From a virus: DNA of 64,000 nt. The DNA is taken from IMG/VR virus record IMGVR_UViG_3300009788_000088; one strand, given 5' to 3'. Position 1 is the stretch's first letter. Each line of letters starts with the position of its first letter. A program made the translations under genes and the position numbers. The notes under the pieces are model-generated. The model did not search any database. It was given only the letters and a program-made list of their open reading frames with translations, and was not told the DNA's origin. Of the stretch, positions 44,438 through 55,011 are shown piece by piece.

Positions 44438-47400
44438 ATGTCTGATTCTATTCTTGTTCAATATTTTGACGATGCAGAAACCCAATTATCCAAGGGTTAT
44501 ATTAGGGTTCTGTTCAAGCCGGGAGTTCCGGTCCAGACACGAGAGTTGAATAACATCATTTCTTATGTACAGGATCAAGTGGCTAAAGGCTTCAGCGCCA
44601 TCTGGAAACGGAACGCTGTTATTAAAGGTTGTGACTGGTACATCGCCCAAGATGATAAATTCTACATCAATGATGGGTTTATCTTCTGGAATAATTATCT
44701 TCTTCAAATATCCAACCTGTTACCGGTCACAGTGGACCCAACAGATACAGAGGTCGGATTTTATATCAAGATGTACAGTATTGGTGTGGAAGGTTCGTCT
44801 GCTGACAACCCAGCGGAGTATGGTCCGGATAATGATCTTGGTGACAATGCTTCCGGGTTTACGAACGTTGGAGCCGAAGGCGCTGATAGACTTTTGGCTG
44901 TTGTTCAAATGGCAAGGAGAGCTTCCAGCGATAACCTATACGATTCTGATGATACTCTGATTAAAGCCTTCGTTGATCTTGATGATACTGAAGGGTACAT
45001 CACATTCAAAAAGGTGAACAATATTGAGGTAACAGAGCCGGAAACATCGTCTTATTCTGACATTGGACGGGATATGGCTCAAAGGACTTTTGATGAATCC
45101 GGGAACTATGTTGTGGATGGTATGGAGGTATATATTGATGAAAACGATCCCGAATCAGATGGAATTATCAACGATATTACCATCGGACTTCGTGCTGGAG
45201 TTGCTTATGTCAACGGTTACAGAATTGATGCCGCAACTGACGTTGCTATCGAACGTGTTACTGTATCCACCGAAACTTCACTTTGGAACATCCCTCTTAT
45301 CATTACCCCCTATACCATAACAGGCGATTTTGCTCACATGGTACAGGTGGAGGATGATTTTATTTATCAGGGGGCTACCCCGGCGGATATCGCAGTATTC
45401 CAACCTCAATTAATCCACTTTCTTCATGAGACCACTTCAAATGTTTCTGGTATCATTGATATGGATTTTGGGGCCGATAGAGAAGTGGTAGACATCCTCG
45501 GAATTTATGATAACACCGGGGCGTGGGTATCATCCTATACATGGGATTCTGGCGGTGACCAAATCACCGGACTTGCGGCGTCTCAGACATTCTATATCAT
45601 GTATTACTTTGAGCGGGTGGATGGTATCGAACGCACGGTTTATGACTTTGCTCAGGATGTAAACTTTCCTGATAGGTATCATTATGATTTTGATATCGCT
45701 GACCCAGTTGACAAACCGTATTACAAAACTAGATTAGTGGTCATCAAAACTCCAACAGATGTATTAGTTGAAGATACGGTGTATAATGACGGAACCTATG
45801 ACTTTTATGTCATCAAGGTTGGGGCGCTGGGACAGGCTGGTTGGTATCTGGTTAATGTACACTCTGATGGAGACTTAACACCCGGAGCCGCTGGAACCGC
45901 AGACTTGACAGGCGCTACGTTTATGTGGCTGGGAAGTAATACGGCCACAACATACACGGACGTTGACGGGATTTACTGGGGAGCTATTTCAATCGACAGG
46001 ATTGATTATTCAGACTTTATCTCTTCGGTTAATCGTGGGTTCCTTGTTGATGGGAATATTCGTCTTTCCTATAATTACGTTCTTGGAAGAACTGATGGAA
46101 TTTACCTTAACTCAGATGGAATTCTGGCTGTGATTCAGGGCATTCCTATCAAAGCTTCTGTTACGAACTTCCCGAATATTAATGATACGACTATGCAACT
46201 TATGGGGTTGGTAAAACAATGGCCCAATATTGAGGTAGCGGGGGTCCGGGAGGTTTTAACTGACACTGAACAAATTGCAACCAAGCGCCTGACTATGCAA
46301 GAAATAAATGTTATAAAAGGTCGGGTAGATGACCTTGAAGAAGATATTGCCACTCTTGCGCTGGAGACTCAGACTAAAGATGAAAATTTCTCATCAGCGC
46401 TCCGAGGAATTCTGGTTGATAACTTTGACAACTTTGACCGGGTTAATTTAGGGAGGTCTGATACTCACTTCGCTCTGGACCTTGATGAGAATACGGCCAG
46501 TCTTCCTATCAACAGGGGAATCTCGGTTGATGATGATGACATCTTCGAATCCAATCCAACCCTGACAGGTGTAGTCACTGAAACAGAATCAGAATTCTGG
46601 TATCTGGACAGGCTTCCGGTTAATGATGTTACTCGTGTTGAAGTAACCAACATTACTGGGCTTCAACTTTTGAACGGTTATGTTCAGTATAAAAAATCAG
46701 CCGGACGTGTTTGGACAAGACCAAACAAAGATCATTGGATATCCAATATTGTGCGGTGGAGGTCTACTATCACACGTGAAACTACGGTATGGGTCCAGAA
46801 CAGTAACTTTTCGTGGACGTGGCGTAATGGCCAAGGCTGGATACAACAAAGAAACGCACAGCGATCACCCATTGAACGAATCCGTATTCTGAAAAGATGG
46901 GAACGGGTTCTTCCTTTCTGTCGTCCACTCCGTCTCCAGATGAATATTTTGAACTGGATATACATGCCTGATCTTGTAACCCAGACACAATTCTTTGTTC
47001 GGGCATACATTGATGATAAACCAATGGAAATGATCTCCCGTAGTTCGGGGGTTTACCATCAAACAGTTCCGGCTAATGGAACTTTACAAGAATATATATT
47101 TATTCCAACTGGGGTGAATCAAGGACGTAAAAAGATTGTTTTCCGGGCATACGCTGATTCAGGTGATGCGGCCGCCGGGAACGCTAATTTCTTCGCTGAG
47201 AGAAATCAATCATACGATTCTCGTGGCAAGGAACGTATCACTATTGCCAGACGTATGCGCACGGTTTTTGTTAATCGGGTACGATCTGACAGGGACGGTG
47301 GAGATGACCCACTGGCACAAGGTTTTATCTTTGATGAGCCTGTCACACTGACTAAGGCCACGGTTTACCTGTTCAATACAGGGAACTTAAATTTGGATAG

Positions 47401-48544
47401 CGCAGTTACCTCAGCCTTCCCGGTCCATGTATCCATTGGGAACATGATTGCTGGATTGCCCGGAGATGAAATCTGGGCAGAGAAGACTTTGCCTCACACT
47501 CTAATCGATTGGAGTTATTATGACCAAGGGTCAAATCAGTATATTCTAAATCCTGTTGAGATTGAGTTTCCGGAACCCGTTTATATTCCAGCCAAGACCC
47601 CGTTCTGTATTACTCTCCTGAGTGACAGCACGGACTATACAGCCGCTATTGCTGAGCTTGGGTCACTGGACCTCAACACCCAGAAGACTGTGGAGCTTAA
47701 CCCGTATCTGGCCGGAACACTGTTCGCTTCTTCGAACAACGTTACATGGACAGCTTTCCAAGATCGTGATATTACCATGAAGATTTACGTGGCAGATGAA
47801 TTTGTGGGCTCCGGGGCAAACACGGGAACGTTGGAATTCGCTCGTATTGATACATGCTCACGCTTCCTATTCGCTTCAGAAATCTTTGTGCCGGACGGGA
47901 CTGATCTTCAGTTTCAATTCAAATATCATCGGGACTCTGATGGAGTCTGGACAGAGTGGGAGAATTTTGAGCCGAATCAAGAACTTGATTTGAATGAAAT
48001 GGCACGTGAGGTCCGGGTGCTGGTTACAATGATTTCTCTGGACGGAAGCCATACGCCACTCATGTCCAAAAACCATAGCTTTATCACATCCAAGTACATC
48101 GCCCAGACCGCCGCCGCCGCTCCGTTGACATTACCCACGGATGCTGGAACCGCTGAGACATCCCTTGGATTGGTTACCCGACTCACGGAAAATATTGGAG
48201 CCGCTGGAGCCGACAACTATTTGAGCGTGAAATGTATTGTGGATGTGTATCTTCCGAATCCAACAAATGATGATGTCCGGCCATGTTTCGCTTATGTTGA
48301 TCCTACTACGGAAATTGAAGCGTGGGTTGGAAATGATTTCTCAGGCGGAGCCAGTGGGGATGTGACTATGGAAGATATCTTGGAGGGGTGGAAACGATAT
48401 ACCTTCCAGTTCAATACCACCGGACTGGCCGGAAAGAACGCTACCACTTTTAGAGGAAAGATAGCTTTCCTTGCGGATATCAACGGACAAAGTTCCCCGA
48501 AACTTCAAAACCTCCGGTGGATTCTACAAGCCGCCCAACCGTAA
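44438..48544 (+). CDS. DUF4815 / VrlC-like virion structural protein
   Basis: YFDD, VLFKPG.VQxRELN, AxRTFDESGNY, DPLAQxF, GxLFxSSN..TWT. Confidence 0.88.
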   Translation: MSDSILVQYFDDAETQLSKGYIRVLFKPGVPVQTRELNNIISYVQDQVAKGFSAIWKRNAVIKGCDWYIAQDDKFYINDGFIFWNNYLLQISNLLPVTVDPTDTEVGFYIKMYSIGVEGSSADNPAEYGPDNDLGDNASGFTNVGAEGADRLLAVVQMARRASSDNLYDSDDTLIKAFVDLDDTEGYITFKKVNNIEVTEPETSSYSDIGRDMAQRTFDESGNYVVDGMEVYIDENDPESDGIINDITIGLRAGVAYVNGYRIDAATDVAIERVTVSTETSLWNIPLIITPYTITGDFAHMVQVEDDFIYQGATPADIAVFQPQLIHFLHETTSNVSGIIDMDFGADREVVDILGIYDNTGAWVSSYTWDSGGDQITGLAASQTFYIMYYFERVDGIERTVYDFAQDVNFPDRYHYDFDIADPVDKPYYKTRLVVIKTPTDVLVEDTVYNDGTYDFYVIKVGALGQAGWYLVNVHSDGDLTPGAAGTADLTGATFMWLGSNTATTYTDVDGIYWGAISIDRIDYSDFISSVNRGFLVDGNIRLSYNYVLGRTDGIYLNSDGILAVIQGIPIKASVTNFPNINDTTMQLMGLVKQWPNIEVAGVREVLTDTEQIATKRLTMQEINVIKGRVDDLEEDIATLALETQTKDENFSSALRGILVDNFDNFDRVNLGRSDTHFALDLDENTASLPINRGISVDDDDIFESNPTLTGVVTETESEFWYLDRLPVNDVTRVEVTNITGLQLLNGYVQYKKSAGRVWTRPNKDHWISNIVRWRSTITRETTVWVQNSNFSWTWRNGQGWIQQRNAQRSPIERIRILKRWERVLPFCRPLRLQMNILNWIYMPDLVTQTQFFVRAYIDDKPMEMISRSSGVYHQTVPANGTLQEYIFIPTGVNQGRKKIVFRAYADSGDAAAGNANFFAERNQSYDSRGKERITIARRMRTVFVNRVRSDRDGGDDPLAQGFIFDEPVTLTKATVYLFNTGNLNLDSAVTSAFPVHVSIGNMIAGLPGDEIWAEKTLPHTLIDWSYYDQGSNQYILNPVEIEFPEPVYIPAKTPFCITLLSDSTDYTAAIAELGSLDLNTQKTVELNPYLAGTLFASSNNVTWTAFQDRDITMKIYVADEFVGSGANTGTLEFARIDTCSRFLFASEIFVPDGTDLQFQFKYHRDSDGVWTEWENFEPNQELDLNEMAREVRVLVTMISLDGSHTPLMSKNHSFITSKYIAQTAAAAPLTLPTDAGTAETSLGLVTRLTENIGAAGADNYLSVKCIVDVYLPNPTNDDVRPCFAYVDPTTEIEAWVGNDFSGGASGDVTMEDILEGWKRYTFQFNTTGLAGKNATTFRGKIAFLADINGQSSPKLQNLRWILQAAQP

Positions 48545-48729
48545 TGAAGGAACGAAGAGATAGTAATAGCAGTATGATTATCTTCACTCCCGGACCACGG
48601 GAGTTGGAAGAGAAACGTATCGCTGATAGAGTAGACCGCATGGAGAAGATTCTGGAGCTTATTATGAACGATATGGGTCTCTCAGAGGAACACAAACAGA
48701 AATTGAGGGGTCAGACCACCAATGGCTGA
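48544..48729 (+). CDS. small coiled-coil protein
   Basis: Coupled ORF after the DUF4815 gene. Confidence 0.55.
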   Translation: MKERRDSNSSMIIFTPGPRELEEKRIADRVDRMEKILELIMNDMGLSEEHKQKLRGQTTNG

Positions 48730-50044
48730 TAAAATCACCGCACGGGCCACATTTCGGGCTCAGAGGAACCTTATTAATGAGATGGTTGATTATAAAGCCG
48801 ATCTTGATGATACCATCGCTAACGGTGGCCGTCTGATTATCGCTCAGGCTCCTGATAATCCACCCCTGACCAGAGCGCTTCAACCCCAGAAAGGAACGGG
48901 GACGGATACAGGAACGTATTTGATTGTCAAGGTTTATATTGGAGACCTTGGGGATCAAATAGTCAAAGTACCAGCCGCAGATTGGATTTCAACTACACGG
49001 ATTAATGAAATTGAAGTATATAATGACGCCGACCAAATAATAGTTCCCGAAACGGGTCAGATTCTTTATCTCCAACTTGATAATGATCCAGAAGCTAAAG
49101 TACCCGGAGTCAAATATATTACCCCTGAAGGTCCATCCGCAAATATTTTAACTCTATCAGGATATCCAGAGTTGATTCGTTCTACTGCTGATGGTCTTTA
49201 CCATGTTTATAAGTTTGTGTGGAATTCTACCAAGTGGGTGCTTCAACCAATTGGTGGTATGGCCGCACCTAACAATTACATACACCGAGTCAAAAGTTTT
49301 GAATTTGTGTTATCGGCTGGGGGTGGAGTCAGGACTATTAGTTGGATTGATACTGGATATGATAAAACATATGTAACAGTATCAACCACAGATGGAATGG
49401 CATATACTATTTTAGATATAACAGGCACAACAACTGATGGTCAACGAATAGCTCTCCATATACAATCACCGAATATTACTTTACAACATACCTCCGATGG
49501 ATTTTGGCAATCTGGAGGGGCTGACATATTAACCAAAACCGGAGATGTGTTAGAATATATTTTTGATGATTCTGTCAGTATATGGAAATGTATCGGGATG
49601 TCACGGTCTGTTTCCGGTGGTAACCCCAAAGCATTGTATACTGGTTTTGCCGGACCAATTTCCATGTCTTCTAATAATGCGTGGGTATATCCGGATTCGG
49701 TTGGTGGGTCGGTCGTGTATATAGACCCTCCCATAATCAAAGCGTCTACATTTGGATTCATTCTTCCTGTGGGATACTATGCCAAGATGTGGATTAACGG
49801 AACAATTTCGATGGTACAAGCCGACCATGTAATTCGTTTAAGTAATAATGGTGGTTCACCATTCTTTGAAGCAAACGTGTCTCAAAGTAAATATGTATAC
49901 TCTTCGGCTCCTTTTAGTATTGAATCCCCCCCTTTCTTAGTGACATCGGATAATGAAATCAGGTGGGGATTTAAAGAATTTGATGAAACAGGAAATGTTT
50001 TTGTTACTCATCTTGCTTGTGAGGTTTTAGGTTATGACGGATAA
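48722..50044 (+). CDS. tail fibre / spike protein 1
   Basis: Shared TF..QR..IN N-terminus; beta-rich. Confidence 0.65.
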   Translation: MADKITARATFRAQRNLINEMVDYKADLDDTIANGGRLIIAQAPDNPPLTRALQPQKGTGTDTGTYLIVKVYIGDLGDQIVKVPAADWISTTRINEIEVYNDADQIIVPETGQILYLQLDNDPEAKVPGVKYITPEGPSANILTLSGYPELIRSTADGLYHVYKFVWNSTKWVLQPIGGMAAPNNYIHRVKSFEFVLSAGGGVRTISWIDTGYDKTYVTVSTTDGMAYTILDITGTTTDGQRIALHIQSPNITLQHTSDGFWQSGGADILTKTGDVLEYIFDDSVSIWKCIGMSRSVSGGNPKALYTGFAGPISMSSNNAWVYPDSVGGSVVYIDPPIIKASTFGFILPVGYYAKMWINGTISMVQADHVIRLSNNGGSPFFEANVSQSKYVYSSAPFSIESPPFLVTSDNEIRWGFKEFDETGNVFVTHLACEVLGYDG

Positions 50045-51917
50045 AATATTAGACGGCGACAATTTTGAAATTCAACGTACTAAAATCAATCAACAGGTTG
50101 ATGAGAAGGGACAACTCACTGCTATAGGTGGAAGACTGAAAGTTGCTCAAGGTTGGAGTCAGCAACGTCTGGTAGAAGCTACTGGCGTAGCTATGAATGG
50201 TACTACATTAGAATATAATGATGACGGTAACCTCCTTATCGTTACAGCTATTGCAGGAAATTTTATTTATGATATTGAACAAAAGTCTACTGGAGAAACA
50301 GATGCACGGTTAATTGTTGTCCGATTTGAGACAACTGGATTTATTACCCCTAGATTCGGCAACCTTGTCATGCCAGCAAATTACGGATCAGAAGGAAGTG
50401 GGGCCGCTATAATAAATATCGTTCCCGGTCTTGAGTTAGTCTTTGTGGAAATTTATATAAGCCCCGGAGTATCCCAGTTCCATTTTATAGGAACGAACAT
50501 TCCAGAGAAATTCGCACAGGGGTCTAGTACATATTCCGTTGGTGATGCCGGATCACCGTGGAACATCATCATATCATATGATTATAATATCCATCATGTA
50601 ACCATTACAGCGGATGATAAAACGTTTACTGGGTTTGGTAACCCAACAACTGGCGGGGAAGCATACACCAACCGTGGAACTGTTCACTTTATTGTGTTGG
50701 ATGAGGCGTCTAAATCATTAACAGTTATAAACTCATCAACTTTACAACTTCCAGAAGGTCGGGATTTTATTCTTCAGCCGGGTGATGTTGCTTCATTCCT
50801 TCAGATTAATGAATCAACCGATACTTTTGTTTTGTTGGGAAAATCATCAACACAACTCCCACCAACAAAATCTGTTGTAATACAAGATGGTGATTTGCGA
50901 ACCGTATCTGATGCTACTTATGAACCTTTCTTTGCTGGAAATGCAACTATAAAATATAATTACGAATCATCATATATTGCAGGACCAACACAAATAAAAA
51001 TCCCTGACGGGGTGACTAAAGCTAGATTTGGGGTATTGGTTTATGCTCCCAGTACAACACAACTTGAGCCACACGTTTATGGATTCAGGTTGCTTAAAAA
51101 TTATGCCAAATTTACACCAGAAAATGTTGGGACTTTAGGAGAAACAGTAATTGTTGGGAATCCGTCTGGGAATTACTTGTCTCGTGCTGTGACATGGCTT
51201 AATCAAACTATTTTTTCTGTAGGCCCAGTAACATATCTTCATTTCAAAATTGATTCCGTGGTGGGTAATTTGGCGGCGGCTGGTGATTTGAAAATTTATG
51301 GATATGATGAAACCAAATTAGGATCATATTATAATCCAATCGTTACAGCTAATGATACTATAACGATTGCAAACGCCGATATTGTTCCGGGAATTTTTAG
51401 TTTTAATGCGCCGATTGTTGGAGCTATAGATGAAGGGGAATATGCAAGTTACTTGTTTGATTTTGAAAATGATCCGGGTGTTGGGAATTATGTAAGATTA
51501 GTAGCGGCAAATGCCGAAGAACTTGGCGCAATATTTCCAACTGAGAGTGGAACCGCAAATGGATTTTTTCTGGGTAATCAACACCCAAATATTTCAACAT
51601 TACGATCTATCAGAGACAATATTAATGGACCCGTTTCAGTAGATAATGACTGGAACCAAACACTTGATGGAGAAGATTCTGATTACCCAATATGGATAGC
51701 AATACAAGAGTTTAATTCTACTCAAAACGTGATTTTGTCAGAAGCGACTTTTGGTGATGGACAGGTGGACCCTGATCACAATCTTTTAATGACAACACCA
51801 ACAATTCCGGTATCAGAGGGTGATACGTATTCTTTAGATTCTTATTTTGGTGGAGAACCAGACGGAGACCCGCCCAAAAATCAAATTAAAGAATTCTGGA
51901 TGGAGATTATAGAGTAA
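50034..51917 (+). CDS. tail fibre / spike protein 2
   Basis: DNFEIQRTKIN N-terminus; beta-rich, lower GC. Confidence 0.65.
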   Translation: MTDKILDGDNFEIQRTKINQQVDEKGQLTAIGGRLKVAQGWSQQRLVEATGVAMNGTTLEYNDDGNLLIVTAIAGNFIYDIEQKSTGETDARLIVVRFETTGFITPRFGNLVMPANYGSEGSGAAIINIVPGLELVFVEIYISPGVSQFHFIGTNIPEKFAQGSSTYSVGDAGSPWNIIISYDYNIHHVTITADDKTFTGFGNPTTGGEAYTNRGTVHFIVLDEASKSLTVINSSTLQLPEGRDFILQPGDVASFLQINESTDTFVLLGKSSTQLPPTKSVVIQDGDLRTVSDATYEPFFAGNATIKYNYESSYIAGPTQIKIPDGVTKARFGVLVYAPSTTQLEPHVYGFRLLKNYAKFTPENVGTLGETVIVGNPSGNYLSRAVTWLNQTIFSVGPVTYLHFKIDSVVGNLAAAGDLKIYGYDETKLGSYYNPIVTANDTITIANADIVPGIFSFNAPIVGAIDEGEYASYLFDFENDPGVGNYVRLVAANAEELGAIFPTESGTANGFFLGNQHPNISTLRSIRDNINGPVSVDNDWNQTLDGEDSDYPIWIAIQEFNSTQNVILSEATFGDGQVDPDHNLLMTTPTIPVSEGDTYSLDSYFGGEPDGDPPKNQIKEFWMEIIE

Positions 51918-53200
51918 TGCCAGAACCTATTTACGTACAGGCAACAGATACAATAGAAATCCAACGAACAAAAATCAATGACCTTGTGGATTGGAAGGCG
52001 GACCTTGATCCGGCCACAAGTAAGCTCGTTCCAGCCCAATTTCCAAAAATGATTGTGTCCGGGGTGGTTACTGTCGGGGTAGATGATTTATCAGTTAACA
52101 TGGACATTAGTTCTATCAGTGATGGAACAGCAAGTTTTCTTCGGGTCCAACAGACAAGTGGATTTAATCAGTTTCTTGTAAAAACTACTTTTATTAATGA
52201 TACAGCGCCGATAGGAACACAATTTGATATGATGTTTATATCCAGTGGTAGGATCAGATTTAATTTTGCGACTGGGAACATTTATCGACCAGCATCACCA
52301 AACACCAGTATATCAGCGGCCTCTGGACAAATATTAACTTTCAGAAAGACAGCCGCAGATTATTGGGAGCTTATTAGCAATTCAGAACCTACTAATATGC
52401 CAATGGCTATCGGTGGTCCGGGAAGTCTGGGAGGAACCCCGGCAAATTACATGGACTTGACACCCGGACAAAAATATTACAAATACGGAACTTTCACAAC
52501 TCTTGCGGGATTTTATCAAAGTCCTCATTTCTTCTTTCAGAAGGGCATGACTGTTATCTTGGAAATTATTGGAGCCGGGGGAGATGTAATTACTCATAAT
52601 AGTTCTAGCCTTATTCTTCCATATGGAAATGATATTACCGTGGCAACTGGAGATATTTTTGAGTTTATGTTTGTGGACTCATCAAGCAATGTATGGCAAT
52701 TGGTAGGGAGTAATAAGAAATTCGTTGCGCCTTTATCAATTGGAGCCGGGGGAGATAACAGCGCCCTATCGGTAGCAAATGACACAGAAATTGAAATTCC
52801 TACGGGTGGTGGTGGCGGCGGGTCTGTTTTCTTTCAAGAAGGAATCGTAGTATTTAATTCTCCATCGGATAATTACATTTATGTTCCGAATGTTAAAAAA
52901 TTCCGGGCTTATGCTGGGGTGTTGTGGAATATCCCGGCTACTACCAATCCATCAACATGGAGATGGCTCCATCTTGATTATTATGACGGAACTCCTAGCC
53001 TTGAAAAACGATTCTCCGTGGCTCAGAGAAGTGGGGATAATGATAGTGGCCAACAAGAGTGTGGACAACACATTGTAACCCCACCTTTAGACGGGACCAT
53101 TAATGGAGGCGCTTACATCAAGGGCGTTATGAAACAGAATTCTGGGGTTGCTTTAAACTCCTTATCTTGTTTCCTTGCTATTGAAGTCATTGAATTCTAA
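51917..53200 (+). CDS. tail fibre / spike protein 3
   Basis: DTIEIQRTKIN N-terminus; beta-rich. Confidence 0.65.
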   Translation: MPEPIYVQATDTIEIQRTKINDLVDWKADLDPATSKLVPAQFPKMIVSGVVTVGVDDLSVNMDISSISDGTASFLRVQQTSGFNQFLVKTTFINDTAPIGTQFDMMFISSGRIRFNFATGNIYRPASPNTSISAASGQILTFRKTAADYWELISNSEPTNMPMAIGGPGSLGGTPANYMDLTPGQKYYKYGTFTTLAGFYQSPHFFFQKGMTVILEIIGAGGDVITHNSSSLILPYGNDITVATGDIFEFMFVDSSSNVWQLVGSNKKFVAPLSIGAGGDNSALSVANDTEIEIPTGGGGGGSVFFQEGIVVFNSPSDNYIYVPNVKKFRAYAGVLWNIPATTNPSTWRWLHLDYYDGTPSLEKRFSVAQRSGDNDSGQQECGQHIVTPPLDGTINGGAYIKGVMKQNSGVALNSLSCFLAIEVIEF

Positions 53201-53241
53201 CGTCTCCCGTTATGAGATAAAGACACGTGGAGTGAAACGAT

Positions 53242-53249
53242 TATAAATA
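53242..53249 (+). promoter_or_regulatory. late promoter TATAAATACTTAAAA
   Basis: Consensus. Confidence 0.85.
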
Positions 53250-53289
53250 CTTAAAAGTTTACATTTCACATTCAATACAAGGAGAGAAG

Positions 53290-53829
53290 ATGCCCCCAGA
53301 ACAGGATGTCTTAATAGCTATACAAACGGAACTTTCGGGTGTTAACGCAACAGTGGGAGCATATGGTGAGCGTCTAGGAAAAATAGAGGACGCAATTATT
53401 ACGTTGGCCGCAACACAGGAGCGTGTTAATAATATTGCTGATGATTTGAAGTCCCGTGAATTGGCATTGCAAAATTTTCAGAACGCTATCTGGGAAGAGA
53501 TACGTAGATTAAACAAATACAATTCTGAGATGTTGGAAAAGGTTACGATCTTATCAGTTAGATCAGAAGACAATGCCAAGAAAGTAGATACGCTTGAAAA
53601 ATTTAAAAATGATGTCAATCCCCAGATAAAGGAGAATACTCGTTTTCGGGGATGGGGCGAGAAATTGGTGTTTATTGTAGTAACGGCCATCGTTGTGGGT
53701 GTCGTTGGAACTGTTATATCATTTAATAATTCGCAGACTTTAAGTCATAGGGACATTGCTAAATTGTTGGATGGTAGAACCCCAGTAGTGGAATTAGAAC
53801 AAAACAACGTAGAAAAGGATACGAAATGA
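53290..53829 (+). CDS. coiled-coil protein with C-proximal TM helix (lysis accessory candidate)
   Basis: Heptads then one TM segment; late promoter. Confidence 0.55.
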   Translation: MPPEQDVLIAIQTELSGVNATVGAYGERLGKIEDAIITLAATQERVNNIADDLKSRELALQNFQNAIWEEIRRLNKYNSEMLEKVTILSVRSEDNAKKVDTLEKFKNDVNPQIKENTRFRGWGEKLVFIVVTAIVVGVVGTVISFNNSQTLSHRDIAKLLDGRTPVVELEQNNVEKDTK

Positions 53830-54158
53830 AAGGATTCAGGGAATATGTAAAAGAGTCTACGTTGTCCGCTGATGTGCCACAAGCCGTAGGCCAGATTACC
53901 CCATCAAATAAGAAGACGGAGAAGAACACTACGGAGATGATTAAACGTGTTCCAGCTTTGCCGGGTGGTACTTTTGCCGGTGGACCTTACTTTGAAGTGG
54001 ACCTTGATACCTTTACCAAATGTCAAAACGGTAAACCCCCACGGAAGTGGTGGGACACATCAACAAAGACCACGGGGATGAAACAGTTTGTTGAATCGAA
54101 TCCGAAGCAATCCCCTGTCTGGATAAAATGGAAAAACTATTACCATAAGTTGAGGTAA
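53826..54158 (+). CDS. probable internal head protein
   Basis: MKGFREYVKES N-terminus. Confidence 0.6.
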   Translation: MKGFREYVKESTLSADVPQAVGQITPSNKKTEKNTTEMIKRVPALPGGTFAGGPYFEVDLDTFTKCQNGKPPRKWWDTSTKTTGMKQFVESNPKQSPVWIKWKNYYHKLR

Positions 54159-54160
54159 TT

Positions 54161-54397
54161 ATGAAATTTAAAAATGTTAACGAAGCTCAGATGAATATCA
54201 AGAGCGAATTAGAGAATTTTATTCGTGATCACCTTTCCGGGACCAATAGGTCTGTCAAGGGTAATATGCTATGGCAGACAGTATCCCAGACTATCAAAGG
54301 CGCTACTAAAAATCTTTTTGACCAAGCATGGCAAGGTCTTATTGATGATGGCCTTCTTGTCCCAGCCGGGGGTAATACTTACAGGTGGGAGAGGTAA
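54161..54397 (+). CDS. probable internal head protein, winged-helix-like
   Basis: MKFKNVNEA; LIDDGLL...Y pattern. Confidence 0.5.
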   Translation: MKFKNVNEAQMNIKSELENFIRDHLSGTNRSVKGNMLWQTVSQTIKGATKNLFDQAWQGLIDDGLLVPAGGNTYRWER

Positions 54398-54403
54398 ATA
54401 AAT

Positions 54404-54427
54404 AGGGGCTCCAGAATTAGAGCCCCT
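54404..54427. terminator. terminator between convergent late and early units
   Basis: AGGGGCTC/GAGCCCCT hairpin. Confidence 0.65.
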
Positions 54428-54463
54428 TCCTAATAGCGGATCATTCAGACCCGTTGCCAGTAA

Positions 54464-54757
54464 TCATACTCCCCGATTAAGTTCCGCCACTGCCGCTTTA
54501 ACCAGATGTTTTTCTGTGGGGCCATACTCTTTATAGAGGTTTATCACCACCGTATTCCCGGCGATGTAAGCCGCTTCTCTGGCCTTTTCGGAGTGAAGAG
54601 CTTCTATTGCCTCGTCACATGCCTCAACTGTATCCATTTCATCCAGAGATAATTTCATCGAATCTCTGAAAGACTTTGTAACAGCATCCTGAATACGGTC
54701 CTTGATGCTCTCCACCTCCATCTTCCGCCGCAATTTTCGTTGGGCTCTTTTGCTCAT
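54464..54757 (-). CDS. early hypothetical protein
   Basis: AAGGAGG SD. Confidence 0.65.
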   Translation of the reverse strand: MSKRAQRKLRRKMEVESIKDRIQDAVTKSFRDSMKLSLDEMDTVEACDEAIEALHSEKAREAAYIAGNTVVINLYKEYGPTEKHLVKAAVAELNRGV

Positions 54758-54996
54758 ACCGGAACCTCCTTTGCGAGATTACAAAGTGCGATGGTGAGTT
54801 CTTTCCGACACTCCACAACAATCTCCAGAATATCAGTACACAGACGGACGGGAGCTATAGGGACATCATCATTAATCTCCAGAATATCAGCCTCTACTCC
54901 CGAAGCACTGAGAATAGAACCCATAATGTTAAGAGCCCACATTCCAGTTTTAACTACATCAGCAACAACTTCTTTGCTATCACCTGTTATAGCCAT
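54754..54996 (-). CDS. early hypothetical protein
   Basis: AAGGAGG SD. Confidence 0.6.
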   Translation of the reverse strand: MAITGDSKEVVADVVKTGMWALNIMGSILSASGVEADILEINDDVPIAPVRLCTDILEIVVECRKELTIALCNLAKEVPV

Positions 54997-55011
54997 AAGA
55001 TTTGCCTCCTT

